Assembly: GCA_012798535.1 (NCBI GenBank)
Contig: JAAZMZ010000017.1
Coordinates: 7,698 to 71,697 of the forward strand
Reading direction: 5' to 3'
DNA: 64,000 nucleotides
Source: Leptolinea sp.
Lineage (GTDB): Bacteria; Chloroflexota; Anaerolineae; Anaerolineales; Anaerolineaceae
The translations under genes and the position numbers were made by a program. The notes under the pieces are model-generated. The model saw only the letters and a list, made by a program, of their open reading frames with translations, had not been told where the DNA came from and ran no database searches. Shown here one piece after another: positions 20,114-28,987 of this stretch (within the stretch, counting starts at the first letter, position 1; every line of letters begins with the position of its first letter).

Positions 20114-22124
20114 GAGGAACTAACAATTGAACTCCAACCTCATCATACGTCACTTTTGGTTTGTAATATTTTAACAAAGGTCGAGAAACCCAGTACACCC
20201 AGGAATTATTCTCTTCCGCAAAATTCCGGATATCTTCATCCGCCATAGCTTTCCGCAAAGGCTCACTGACGATCATGGAAAAACGGTGTTTTTGCAGATC
20301 AGCATAGAAAGCATCAAAATAAGCCTGGTTGCCGCTTAAAGCCTGATCCATAACCAGTTTTTTCTCGTACTCAGCGATCAGAGGAACATCTTTAATATAC
20401 CCGAAAGTCAACAACTGGCGTTGGTCCATGAAAAGTACTTCGCCCTCTTTACTGGCAGCCATAACTTCTTCCCTCAGTTTTTCGAGAGAACTATCCGCGA
20501 AGTAATCTGACGGCATTCCGTAAGGTTCCCCATACTGAATCATGGATGTGGTGGGGAAGACCATCGCCAGGCAGAACACGGCCAGCAGGGATTTGATCTC
20601 ATGCAGACCCGGCAGACCGCGGGAAAGCCAGTCGCGAAAAACCCAGGCAGTCAATAAGGCCAGAGTCAACCAGAGCAGATCGAGGTTATGCAGGTTACTG
20701 CCACCACCGATCTTCACAGAGATGATCAATCCAATAACGCTGAATGTGCCAATGATCACCACAAGGGCGGCAATTTGCATCCAGTTTGGTTTCCAGTAAC
20801 GCTTAACGGCCAGCCAGATAAGGAAAAGAAGCAGCGGACCGCCTACCCAGAGAAAACCGAGGAGGATGCCCGGTGAATATGTCGGATTGGGGAAAAGCCG
20901 GTCCCATAGCATGGGTTGGCGGAAATCGAACGAATCGATCACCGCTACAGTAATCGAGCCTTCCGAAGCAATCAACCCATTGGAAATCAGAGTGATCAGG
21001 TATGGCAGCAGTTCCGCGCCGGCCAACCCGGATAGTCCCAGGATCACCGGACGGATCAGCTCTTTCCAGCGGCCGTTCTTGAATGTTGGTTCCTGCAGTT
21101 CGATCAGCGATAGCATGCCTGCCCACAGTCCGGGCGCGTACATCCAGGTCCAACGCGATATGCGGGCATAATACGATGCCGCGGCCACAAGCACAATGGC
21201 CAGTGGAAGATTCTTCTGGCGCAGGGCGATGACAACCGCGATGGCGCAGATCACCAGTGGCGAATAGATCGGACCTTGGCTCAGAAAGAGAAAGCACCAC
21301 AGGCCAAAACCGACCTGCCAGATCCACTCCTTTTTGAAGGTCGAGCTCCTGAATATGGCCGTCCATCCGAGTACCAGCGGTGGCAGAACCCAGATGATCA
21401 CATTACAGAGGCGCATTCCGCGAATGCCGATGAAAGGAAAAATAAAAGGCAGCGCCCACAGGAATTGCCGACCTGCTTCCAGGAAGGGAACGACCGTCTG
21501 CCCGCTCGGGTTGATATACCGGTTCATGCCAAACATGATGGAATAATCCCAGAAACGGTTGCCCTCCGACCAGGTCATCGAGAAGGGATAATCAGAGACG
21601 CCGGTCATCCAGTCGCCGATTACAAAGATAGTTGTCGCCACTACGACCATTCCGGAGGCTTTCAGAAGCCAGGTGAAATCGATCTTCCGGGGAAAAAGGA
21701 GCAGTGCGGATAAAACTCCGCAACTGAAGATGGTGAAAAGGCGCAACCAGTATATAAAAGCGTATCTTCCAAAGGGTGTATACAGGAACACCACAGTCGT
21801 CAGGAAGCAAAGGAAAACCGACAGCCCAATTCTCACATATAGCGGAGTTCGGTCGGTTATTCTTTTGACCACAGATAGTAATATGCCCGGCAAAGACCCA
21901 TTGGCTGCCAGTTTCAGGCCGTACAGCCAGCCGAGGAACGGGAAGATGGATATAATCCAGAAAACGACAAACCGTTTGGAAGCCAGCGAGGGAGGATTGC
22001 CGATGAGGATAAAACCCTGGTACAGGTCATAAACGGCGAGAAAGAAGAACACCGAAATGAGTAGATATACCAGGGCAACAGGACGATCTACGCTTACTTT
22101 TAATTTGCTGGGTGTCTTATTCAT
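20103..22124 (-). CDS. Polytopic membrane protein, probable GT-C-like
   Basis: WSEGNRFW acidic loop, ~14 hydrophobic segments, small C-terminal soluble domain; ATG 22124 overlaps the upstream gene end. Confidence 0.6.
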   Translation of the reverse strand: MNKTPSKLKVSVDRPVALVYLLISVFFFLAVYDLYQGFILIGNPPSLASKRFVVFWIISIFPFLGWLYGLKLAANGSLPGILLSVVKRITDRTPLYVRIGLSVFLCFLTTVVFLYTPFGRYAFIYWLRLFTIFSCGVLSALLLFPRKIDFTWLLKASGMVVVATTIFVIGDWMTGVSDYPFSMTWSEGNRFWDYSIMFGMNRYINPSGQTVVPFLEAGRQFLWALPFIFPFIGIRGMRLCNVIIWVLPPLVLGWTAIFRSSTFKKEWIWQVGFGLWCFLFLSQGPIYSPLVICAIAVVIALRQKNLPLAIVLVAAASYYARISRWTWMYAPGLWAGMLSLIELQEPTFKNGRWKELIRPVILGLSGLAGAELLPYLITLISNGLIASEGSITVAVIDSFDFRQPMLWDRLFPNPTYSPGILLGFLWVGGPLLLFLIWLAVKRYWKPNWMQIAALVVIIGTFSVIGLIISVKIGGGSNLHNLDLLWLTLALLTAWVFRDWLSRGLPGLHEIKSLLAVFCLAMVFPTTSMIQYGEPYGMPSDYFADSSLEKLREEVMAASKEGEVLFMDQRQLLTFGYIKDVPLIAEYEKKLVMDQALSGNQAYFDAFYADLQKHRFSMIVSEPLRKAMADEDIRNFAEENNSWVYWVSRPLLKYYKPKVTYDEVGVQLLVPREN

Positions 22125-23235
22125 TAAATAATCGGGGTCCACGAATACATGATTTAAAAAAATCGAGGCGTAATTTTTCTTTGTGTTGAGTATCAATTCT
22201 GCTAGAAATCAGGCCGCGATCGATCCGGCGTCCTTTCATCTTGCAGGCAAAATCATGGATGGTCTGCCAGGCCTGTTCGATATTATCTTCTGTATTGGGG
22301 ATACGCAGGATGGTGTCGGTCTTCAGGTCATCGAGATCGGTATCGATATAGGGAATGATAACCGGAATCCCGTAAGCCAGATATTCCCGAATTTTCAAAG
22401 AAGAAGCTTCCTGCATTGATTTCCTGTGCAACGCCAGCGTCCCGAGACCCACATCGTCTCCAGCTAACACTGTTCGAGCTTTATCCGTATCCAGATAGCC
22501 GTGGAAAATGATATTGGCCGGCAGACTGGTTCCTTCCAACGGTTTTTCAAAACCGATGATATCAAAATCCAGATCCGGGCATAATTCAGCCAGACGGATG
22601 ATCTTATCCACGCCCTGCCAAGACATATCCGGCGTGCCGATGAAACCGACGCGCGGGCGGGGATTAACTGGAGCGGTAAAAGCCGGATTTTTGGATAAGT
22701 CGATTCCGTTGGCAATGACCACTCCCGGCCGGTGGAACGGCGCGTAGCTCGCACAGGTTTGCAATTCTTTCGATGTGAAAACCAATCCGGCTGCTTTTCG
22801 TAGAAAGATCGTCCGGGTCATTTGGTTGTAGAACGAAAGGAGCGGTCCCAGCATTTCGTGTTGAGATACATCATCGGTATTTATTTCGATAACCACCGGG
22901 GCGATACGAAACAGGCGGTGCGCCGGAAATACATACATACTCCAACGCAGATAAATGATATCCGGTTTGAATTCCCTCACCGCATTCACCAGCGGGAGAA
23001 TCGCCCGGCTGCGGTTGATTTCGGTGATCAGCAGACCGGCAATTCCATGCGCTTCTTCATATTCGAAACCGATCCCTTCCACTAGTTCGGAGGTGTTCTT
23101 AACAGGAATGCGGTGGGAAAATAGCTGCACGGTGTGGCCGGACTGGCGCCACGCGCTTATTTGTTCTTCAATCTTCCGACCGATTCCGCTGGCTTTCTTA
23201 CGGGGCCAGTGGAGGGTGATATAGGCGATCCGCAT
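22117..23235 (-). CDS. GT4 glycosyltransferase
   Basis: VIANGID, GFIG, SSLKIREYLAYGIPVI. Confidence 0.85.
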   Translation of the reverse strand: MRIAYITLHWPRKKASGIGRKIEEQISAWRQSGHTVQLFSHRIPVKNTSELVEGIGFEYEEAHGIAGLLITEINRSRAILPLVNAVREFKPDIIYLRWSMYVFPAHRLFRIAPVVIEINTDDVSQHEMLGPLLSFYNQMTRTIFLRKAAGLVFTSKELQTCASYAPFHRPGVVIANGIDLSKNPAFTAPVNPRPRVGFIGTPDMSWQGVDKIIRLAELCPDLDFDIIGFEKPLEGTSLPANIIFHGYLDTDKARTVLAGDDVGLGTLALHRKSMQEASSLKIREYLAYGIPVIIPYIDTDLDDLKTDTILRIPNTEDNIEQAWQTIHDFACKMKGRRIDRGLISSRIDTQHKEKLRLDFFKSCIRGPRLFNE

Positions 23236-23240
23236 AACGC

Positions 23241-24374
23241 TTACAGAGACCTGATCTTTCGCATGATCTGGCGCGCCTGGTCGAAACCAATGGTTTTCGC
23301 CGCGAGATTGTAATAATTGGGGTAATCGCGAAAGGTCTTCACCGGCGCAGACATGATCTCGTCAAATTCTTCCCCGGTTAATCCCAGTTTCTTGATCACA
23401 TATTCACGGTCTTCGCGTTGCAGATTTTCAGGATACGTCGGTGCGGCAATTTCTTCCAGCGCGGCTTCGCGGGTAATTTGCCCGCTGCGGATCAAAGCGG
23501 AGAGATGCGCGCGGCGTTTATCGATATTGAATTTGCGCGGCAGGATATATCCCTGGAAAAAGCGGGTGTAAATGGATTCGTAATGTTTCCCGCCGTAGTA
23601 CTCCCAACCCAGCTCATTCTGTAACACATTCAAAGCGCCGGCTTTGTTGTACGGCACGTAATCCAGGATCGGAAAGACTTTGATACCGCAGAAGACCTTC
23701 CAGTAGAACTCGTCAATGAACCGAAAATGCGGATAATTGGTCAATTTTCTGGTGCCGAAACGTTTATGCACCCCGTCGATGTACATCCAGTCGCTCACGC
23801 CGTACGTCCAGGCGAAAGGCAAACCGGATTCGGTAGCAATATTCGTCCCCAGCAGGATGGTTCTAATACCATATTTACGGGCCACTTTGTAGAGAATCCC
23901 GCTGATGGCATGGTCGGTCGGAATTTCCGCGTCAGAAACACTGGCTTTTAAAAAGGCGATCTGCAGGTCTTTGAACTCATCCCACTCGAGCACGTGCGTC
24001 AACAGATCGATCCCCAGCTTCTTAAGAACTTTTTCGATGTTGTGCACGGCCAGTTCAGAGTTCCAACCATTATCCAGATGAACGGCGATCGGCCGCAATC
24101 CTTTTTGCCTGGCGATGTAGGCCAGATATGTACTATCGACACCACCGGATACCCCGATGACACAATCGTAGGGTTTGCCTTTCCCGTTTTCTTTCGCCCG
24201 TGTGATCATTTTTTCCAGTTCCAACTCAATGGATTCCGGGGAATTGAAGGGATAGGCATGAATCACCTCATCATATCGCCGGCAGTGGTTGCAAACGCCC
24301 CGCTCGTCGAATTGAATGGAGGTGTCCGTTGTATCCATGATGCAGCGGGTACAGGTTGTATATAGTTCTGGCAT
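23241..24374 (-). CDS. N-acetyl sugar amidotransferase (WbpG/WbuX/PseA family)
   Basis: CTRC...CNHC, SGGVDS PP-loop, HLDNGWNSELA, YGGKHYES. Confidence 0.9.
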   Translation of the reverse strand: MPELYTTCTRCIMDTTDTSIQFDERGVCNHCRRYDEVIHAYPFNSPESIELELEKMITRAKENGKGKPYDCVIGVSGGVDSTYLAYIARQKGLRPIAVHLDNGWNSELAVHNIEKVLKKLGIDLLTHVLEWDEFKDLQIAFLKASVSDAEIPTDHAISGILYKVARKYGIRTILLGTNIATESGLPFAWTYGVSDWMYIDGVHKRFGTRKLTNYPHFRFIDEFYWKVFCGIKVFPILDYVPYNKAGALNVLQNELGWEYYGGKHYESIYTRFFQGYILPRKFNIDKRRAHLSALIRSGQITREAALEEIAAPTYPENLQREDREYVIKKLGLTGEEFDEIMSAPVKTFRDYPNYYNLAAKTIGFDQARQIMRKIRSL

Positions 24375-24392
24375 GTTCTTACCTCGGGATGT

Positions 24393-25154
24393 TCAAGAAA
24401 AGGCCTGCCGGAGTTCGGCCTGCGTGGGATAACTGATCAATACAGCCCGTAACGGTCCCTGGAATACGAACATACTTCCGGCCGCGGCAGCCGATGCCCC
24501 GCCTTCTCGCACAGCGCTCGCCAGGTCCTGAATATTGCGCGCGCCGCCACAGGCAATAACCGGGATGGAGACCGAGGAGGTGACCTTCTTGATCATCTCT
24601 ACATCATACCCCTGCATTGTGCCGTCACGGTCAATGGCATTCAACAGGATTTCTCCGGCACCGGATTGTTCCACTTCCCGCGCAAAGGTCACCGGATCGA
24701 CCCCGGCGGCCTTCTTGCCGCTGCGGCAGTATACCTCGGCTTTTCCAAACAGGTTCCGCCGGTAATCCACCGAAATAACAATCGTGCTGCTTCCGAATTC
24801 ATCGGCAGCCTGGCGGATCAACGAGCGGTTTTCCACGGCAGCCGTGTTGATCACTACCTTCTCGATGCCGATCTTTAGTAACCGACGGATATCTTCACAC
24901 GAGCTCACTCCCCCTCCGTAACCAAACGGGATGAAACATTCGGACGCGATATCTTGTAAAAGGTCAAAAGCAGGCGCGTGATCCTCTGTACTTGCTGTGA
25001 TATCCAAAAAGGTCAGCTCATCAACCTCTTTATCGTTGAAAATGCGCACGATATTGATCGGATCGCCCAGATAGGTCGGGTCTTTATAGCGGACGGTTTT
25101 TACCAGTCCGCGGTTGCGCAGTAACAAACAGGGAATGACCCGCGTACCGATCAT
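24393..25154 (-). CDS. HisF-like cyclase paralog (HisF2/WbuZ/AglZ), glycan amidination
   Basis: RVIPCLL, YLGDPIN, DRDGTMQGYD, IACGGA; lies between wbpG-like and hisH-like genes. Confidence 0.9.
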   Translation of the reverse strand: MIGTRVIPCLLLRNRGLVKTVRYKDPTYLGDPINIVRIFNDKEVDELTFLDITASTEDHAPAFDLLQDIASECFIPFGYGGGVSSCEDIRRLLKIGIEKVVINTAAVENRSLIRQAADEFGSSTIVISVDYRRNLFGKAEVYCRSGKKAAGVDPVTFAREVEQSGAGEILLNAIDRDGTMQGYDVEMIKKVTSSVSIPVIACGGARNIQDLASAVREGGASAAAAGSMFVFQGPLRAVLISYPTQAELRQAFS

Positions 25155-25157
25155 CGA

Positions 25158-25778
25158 TTATTTCTCCGCAAAATTTTTCAAAATCTGTAATCCGAATTTG
25201 TGGCTCTTTTCGGGGTGAAACTGCATACCTACCACATTTTCGTGCCCGACGATGGAAGCAAAGGGGTATCCGTAGAACGTGTTGGCGATGATATCTTCGG
25301 GCTTCTTACAGACCAGATGATAGGAATGGACAAAATAGAATCGCTGGTCTTCCGGAAGTCCCACCAGATAAGGATGATTTTGCACGATTTGCAGAACATT
25401 CCAACCCATATGGGGTACTTTCAGGGACTGCCGGTTTTCCAGGCCATCAAACCGAAAACGGACCGTCTCCCCATCCACCCAGCCAAATCCGGGTAGATGG
25501 CCCTCTTCACTGCCATTGGTGATCAACTGGGCTCCGAGGCATAATCCCAGCACGGGAACCTTTTCGACCAGCGCCTTATGATTCAACAGGGGGATCAATC
25601 CGTTTTCTTGCAAATTGCGGATTCCCGTGTCAAAAGCACCCACGCCGGGAAGGATGATCTTTTCGGCTATTTCAATTTCTCGGCTGTCGTTCGTAATGAC
25701 GGATGGGAATCCCGCTTTCTTGAGCATGTTCTTGATAGAACCAAGATTTCCCATTCCGTAATCAATAATCACGATCAT
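25158..25778 (-). CDS. HisH-like glutamine amidotransferase (HisH2/WbuY)
   Basis: DYGMGNLGS, LPGVGAF, GLCLGAQL, FYFVHSY, QFHPEKS. Confidence 0.92.
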   Translation of the reverse strand: MIVIIDYGMGNLGSIKNMLKKAGFPSVITNDSREIEIAEKIILPGVGAFDTGIRNLQENGLIPLLNHKALVEKVPVLGLCLGAQLITNGSEEGHLPGFGWVDGETVRFRFDGLENRQSLKVPHMGWNVLQIVQNHPYLVGLPEDQRFYFVHSYHLVCKKPEDIIANTFYGYPFASIVGHENVVGMQFHPEKSHKFGLQILKNFAEK

Positions 25779-25917
25779 AGATTTGTCTCGTCAATAACTT
25801 AGTTTCGATGAACAAATAAGAAATTATACCTGTTGAAATCATTTCGGAAATGATCCAAACAGGTACAAAAATTGCAAATGGTTAATCATGGAATACAATT
25901 CTTCCGGCTGAACATCG

Positions 25918-28242
25918 ATGGAATTCACTCCGCAGGCAATTTTCAATATCCTCAGCTCATTTCCAGGTAATCTGGTCTATTACCTGATTCTACTTTACGC
26001 CATTGTAGCCTGTCTGCTGTCCATCTGGACAGCTTCGCGGGTCAATGATCTTCCATTTCCGGCCGCATCACTGGCCGGATCGACCATACTGTTATTCGCG
26101 ACCCTGGTTCCTCTGGCTTTTCGGGTGATCGAGAATACATTTTTTGCTTCGCCCACAGGAATTTTTCCGATCCTGGAACGCGCATCTCTGACCTTATTGA
26201 TGATCTGGTCAGCCTGGATGTGGCTCGGACCGCGGCCGTCCCGGGTGATCACCTTGATGGCGGCGGTTCTCTCCGCAATGATACCTTTGCTGATGATCAG
26301 CATTGCTATCATTTTCCCTGAAGATATTGAGGGCTTCAATACCTCGCTGGCAGATATCGGCTGGCATGTAATGGTCATTTTTGCCACCCTTTTCTTTATC
26401 ATTCTACTTCTACGCAACAAGCCCTCCATTTGGTCGTACGGCATCGGGATGATGACCCTGATCCTGGCCGGATTTTTCATCAGTCTGGCGGTCCCCGCTC
26501 CGGGAAATGACATCAGCGGCGCGGCGCGCCTGGGTGTGTTATGCGCTTTTCCATTGCTGCCGCTGCTCGCCCGCCGATATGACCTTGCAGAAGGCGGTGC
26601 CGGCCAGCCAGCCTCCTTCGAGCACGTAATGACGCAGGTGACGGCGCATCCCGTCCCGGATGAGATCAATGAATGGCTGACTGCTGTATCCAACCTGGAC
26701 CTAATCCGCCAGCAGGAAGCCATAGCCCGCATGTTGTGCCAGACTCTTGACGCGCAAAGCTGCGCGTTTTTACAAATCTCGGATAAACCCGGCCAAATCC
26801 GGGTAACCGCGGGCTACAACCTTACCCATCAGAGCTGGATCGAACCACGCGAACTTCTCTCGGTGGAATTTCCCCGCACGGCGAAGGGTCTGGCAGATAA
26901 TCAGATTTCCATTCTTAGAGCCACAAACGAAAACCTGGCCGAATTGAGCCGCTTTTCTGACCGGTTGAAATTGGAAGGTATCACTTCAGCGGCCATTTTG
27001 CCCCTAAAGAATGCCAACACGCAGTATGGTTCCGCCATCATCTTTCGGACTGGTTCCTCACCCTCTTTTCCAATTGAGACTCTGCAGCAATACACACCAA
27101 CCGCCGCCGCACTGGCTCACATTTTCAAAAACAATGAAACGGCCATACGCGAGCGGCAGGACCTGATCAAGATTTCGGCGGAACTGGACGAATTGCAGGC
27201 CGTAAATTTGACTCTCCAGGAAAATCTGGAATCACTGCGGCTTTCTGCCGTGCAGGTCACCCCTGAACGCAGCACGCTTCAAATGCTCACATTGCAACAG
27301 GCTTCCGAATCGGAGATCGACAGGCTGCGAAATGAGAACAAACTCCTTCTGCAGACCCTGGCGGAGGAAAATCAGAAACGAGCGTTTGAACCGCGTGTTG
27401 AAGTGCCAAAGATCGCGGAAGAACTCGCTCTGGCAAAAGCAGAAATCTCGCGTTTGCAGACTCTGCTCCAGGATTCCCGGTTACGCTTGAAGGATATCCA
27501 GCGGCAAACAACCATTTCTACGTCTTCCGTGGAGGGATTGAGGCGTTTCAATCACCTGATCACGGAAATTCGCAACCCGCTTTCCACCATCACCGGGTAT
27601 GTGGATCTGATGCTGGCAGCGGAGAACACTTCACGGATGGAATCAAGCGGGGTAACGTCCATCGAAAACCTGAAAACCGCGCTGGCGAGACTGCGCCAGA
27701 TCATGAATGAGCTCGCCGATTTGAATGTGTTGAACAGCGGCGTGATCGATCTGGAGCCTGAAATGATGGACCTGGCCAATGCCATCGACCAGGCTGTTAC
27801 GACCATTTCTGCCGGTTATATGGAGAAAGAAATCTCACTCAAGCTCGATCTTCCGGCTGTGATGCCTTACATTTTGACCTACCACGAAGCACTGAAAAAG
27901 GTTATCCTGTATTTGTTGCAAAATGCCGGCAAAGTCACACCCAGAGGCGGTTCGGTCACTCTGCGGGTGGAAGTCCATCAGGAGAGCGCCGAACCTTATC
28001 TGCTGATCGAAGTCACAGATCACGGCGGTGGTATCGCGGCTGCAGACCTTCCCAAAGTGTTCCTGCCAGTCGAGACCCTTGAGGAACGTGTGATCCCCGG
28101 TTTGGGCGAGATCAATGGCGGCCTGGCAGCATCGAAAACGCTGGTTGAAGCGCACGGCGGGCGCATCTGGGTGGATAGCGAACCGGGTATTTCGACCACC
28201 TTCTCGGTTCTATTACCCATTCAGGCAAACAGGATGAAGTGA
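25918..28242 (+). CDS. Membrane sensor histidine kinase-like protein (multi-TM, GAF, coiled coil, HisKA, HATPase) with atypical H-box
   Basis: ITEIRNPL, LLQNAGK, TDHGGGI, LVEAHGGRIWVDSEPG. Confidence 0.8.
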   Translation: MEFTPQAIFNILSSFPGNLVYYLILLYAIVACLLSIWTASRVNDLPFPAASLAGSTILLFATLVPLAFRVIENTFFASPTGIFPILERASLTLLMIWSAWMWLGPRPSRVITLMAAVLSAMIPLLMISIAIIFPEDIEGFNTSLADIGWHVMVIFATLFFIILLLRNKPSIWSYGIGMMTLILAGFFISLAVPAPGNDISGAARLGVLCAFPLLPLLARRYDLAEGGAGQPASFEHVMTQVTAHPVPDEINEWLTAVSNLDLIRQQEAIARMLCQTLDAQSCAFLQISDKPGQIRVTAGYNLTHQSWIEPRELLSVEFPRTAKGLADNQISILRATNENLAELSRFSDRLKLEGITSAAILPLKNANTQYGSAIIFRTGSSPSFPIETLQQYTPTAAALAHIFKNNETAIRERQDLIKISAELDELQAVNLTLQENLESLRLSAVQVTPERSTLQMLTLQQASESEIDRLRNENKLLLQTLAEENQKRAFEPRVEVPKIAEELALAKAEISRLQTLLQDSRLRLKDIQRQTTISTSSVEGLRRFNHLITEIRNPLSTITGYVDLMLAAENTSRMESSGVTSIENLKTALARLRQIMNELADLNVLNSGVIDLEPEMMDLANAIDQAVTTISAGYMEKEISLKLDLPAVMPYILTYHEALKKVILYLLQNAGKVTPRGGSVTLRVEVHQESAEPYLLIEVTDHGGGIAAADLPKVFLPVETLEERVIPGLGEINGGLAASKTLVEAHGGRIWVDSEPGISTTFSVLLPIQANRMK

Positions 28243-28249
28243 TGCAAGG

Positions 28250-28906
28250 GTGAAACGGATCATGAAACATACTCCTACATTACTTGAAGGTCTTTTGATG
28301 GCACTGCTCGTAGCATTGTTGATCACGGCCGCCATTATTCTGGTAGGGTTTCAGTTTCATGGTTTCCCTGAGAAAACCGTCCCCGGGACGCCTCTGCCCC
28401 TTGCTATGAATCTCGAATTTTCTGCAACACCACCTGTTGCCATAGATCAGCCCACCGAAATCCCCTCTCCCACGATCTGCCCGGAACCAGAAGGCTGGCT
28501 ACCGTATGAAATGAAGATTGGCGATTCACTGGAAGAGCTGGCCGGACAGCGGTTGATCCAATTGCAGGACGTGATGTCTGCCAATTGCCTCAGCCGTCCC
28601 GGAGCTTTGCCGGGCACCATCATCTACCTGCCTCCACTGCCACCCACACTTACCCCTACGATCACCTCCACCCCCACCATCACGTTCACACCCACCATCA
28701 CCCTGAGGCCCTGTGATTATCCCGAAGACTGGGTGCGCTACACATTAAAACCTGGGGATACACTTTTCAAGCTGGGTGTGCGTTTCAAGACCAGTGAGGT
28801 TAACCTGATCACAGGAAATTGCCTCGCGTTTGGCACGGCCCTGCATGCCGGTGATATCCTGCTGGTTCCGCAGATACCTACGGCCACGGCATTGCCGAGA
28901 AAGTGA
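28250..28906 (+). CDS. Membrane-anchored protein with two LysM domains and a Thr/Pro linker
   Basis: YEMKIGDSLEELA...ANCL and YTLKPGDTLFKLG...GNCL...GDILLVP; N-terminal TM. Confidence 0.8.
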   Translation: MKRIMKHTPTLLEGLLMALLVALLITAAIILVGFQFHGFPEKTVPGTPLPLAMNLEFSATPPVAIDQPTEIPSPTICPEPEGWLPYEMKIGDSLEELAGQRLIQLQDVMSANCLSRPGALPGTIIYLPPLPPTLTPTITSTPTITFTPTITLRPCDYPEDWVRYTLKPGDTLFKLGVRFKTSEVNLITGNCLAFGTALHAGDILLVPQIPTATALPRK

Positions 28907-28926
28907 TCGCAGGACGGTTTGTCAAT

Positions 28927-28955
28927 TTGACAGTAAGGTTTTTTCCTGCTATAGT
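28927..28955 (+). promoter_or_regulatory. Sigma70-type promoter of the Xer-like gene
   Basis: TTGACA-17 nt-TATAGT with extended -10 TG. Confidence 0.75.
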
Positions 28956-28987
28956 GAACGAGACTATACGCAAATAACGGAGGGAAA

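Noticed and set aside
24393-25778. Histidine biosynthesis hisF/hisH
   Set aside because: Context with a WbpG-like amidotransferase and the YLGDPIN signature indicate glycan-amidination paralogs.
28640-28705. Short tandem repeats (ACCCCCACCATC-like)
   Set aside because: They encode the Thr-Pro linker of the LysM protein; not CRISPR or a separate repeat element.
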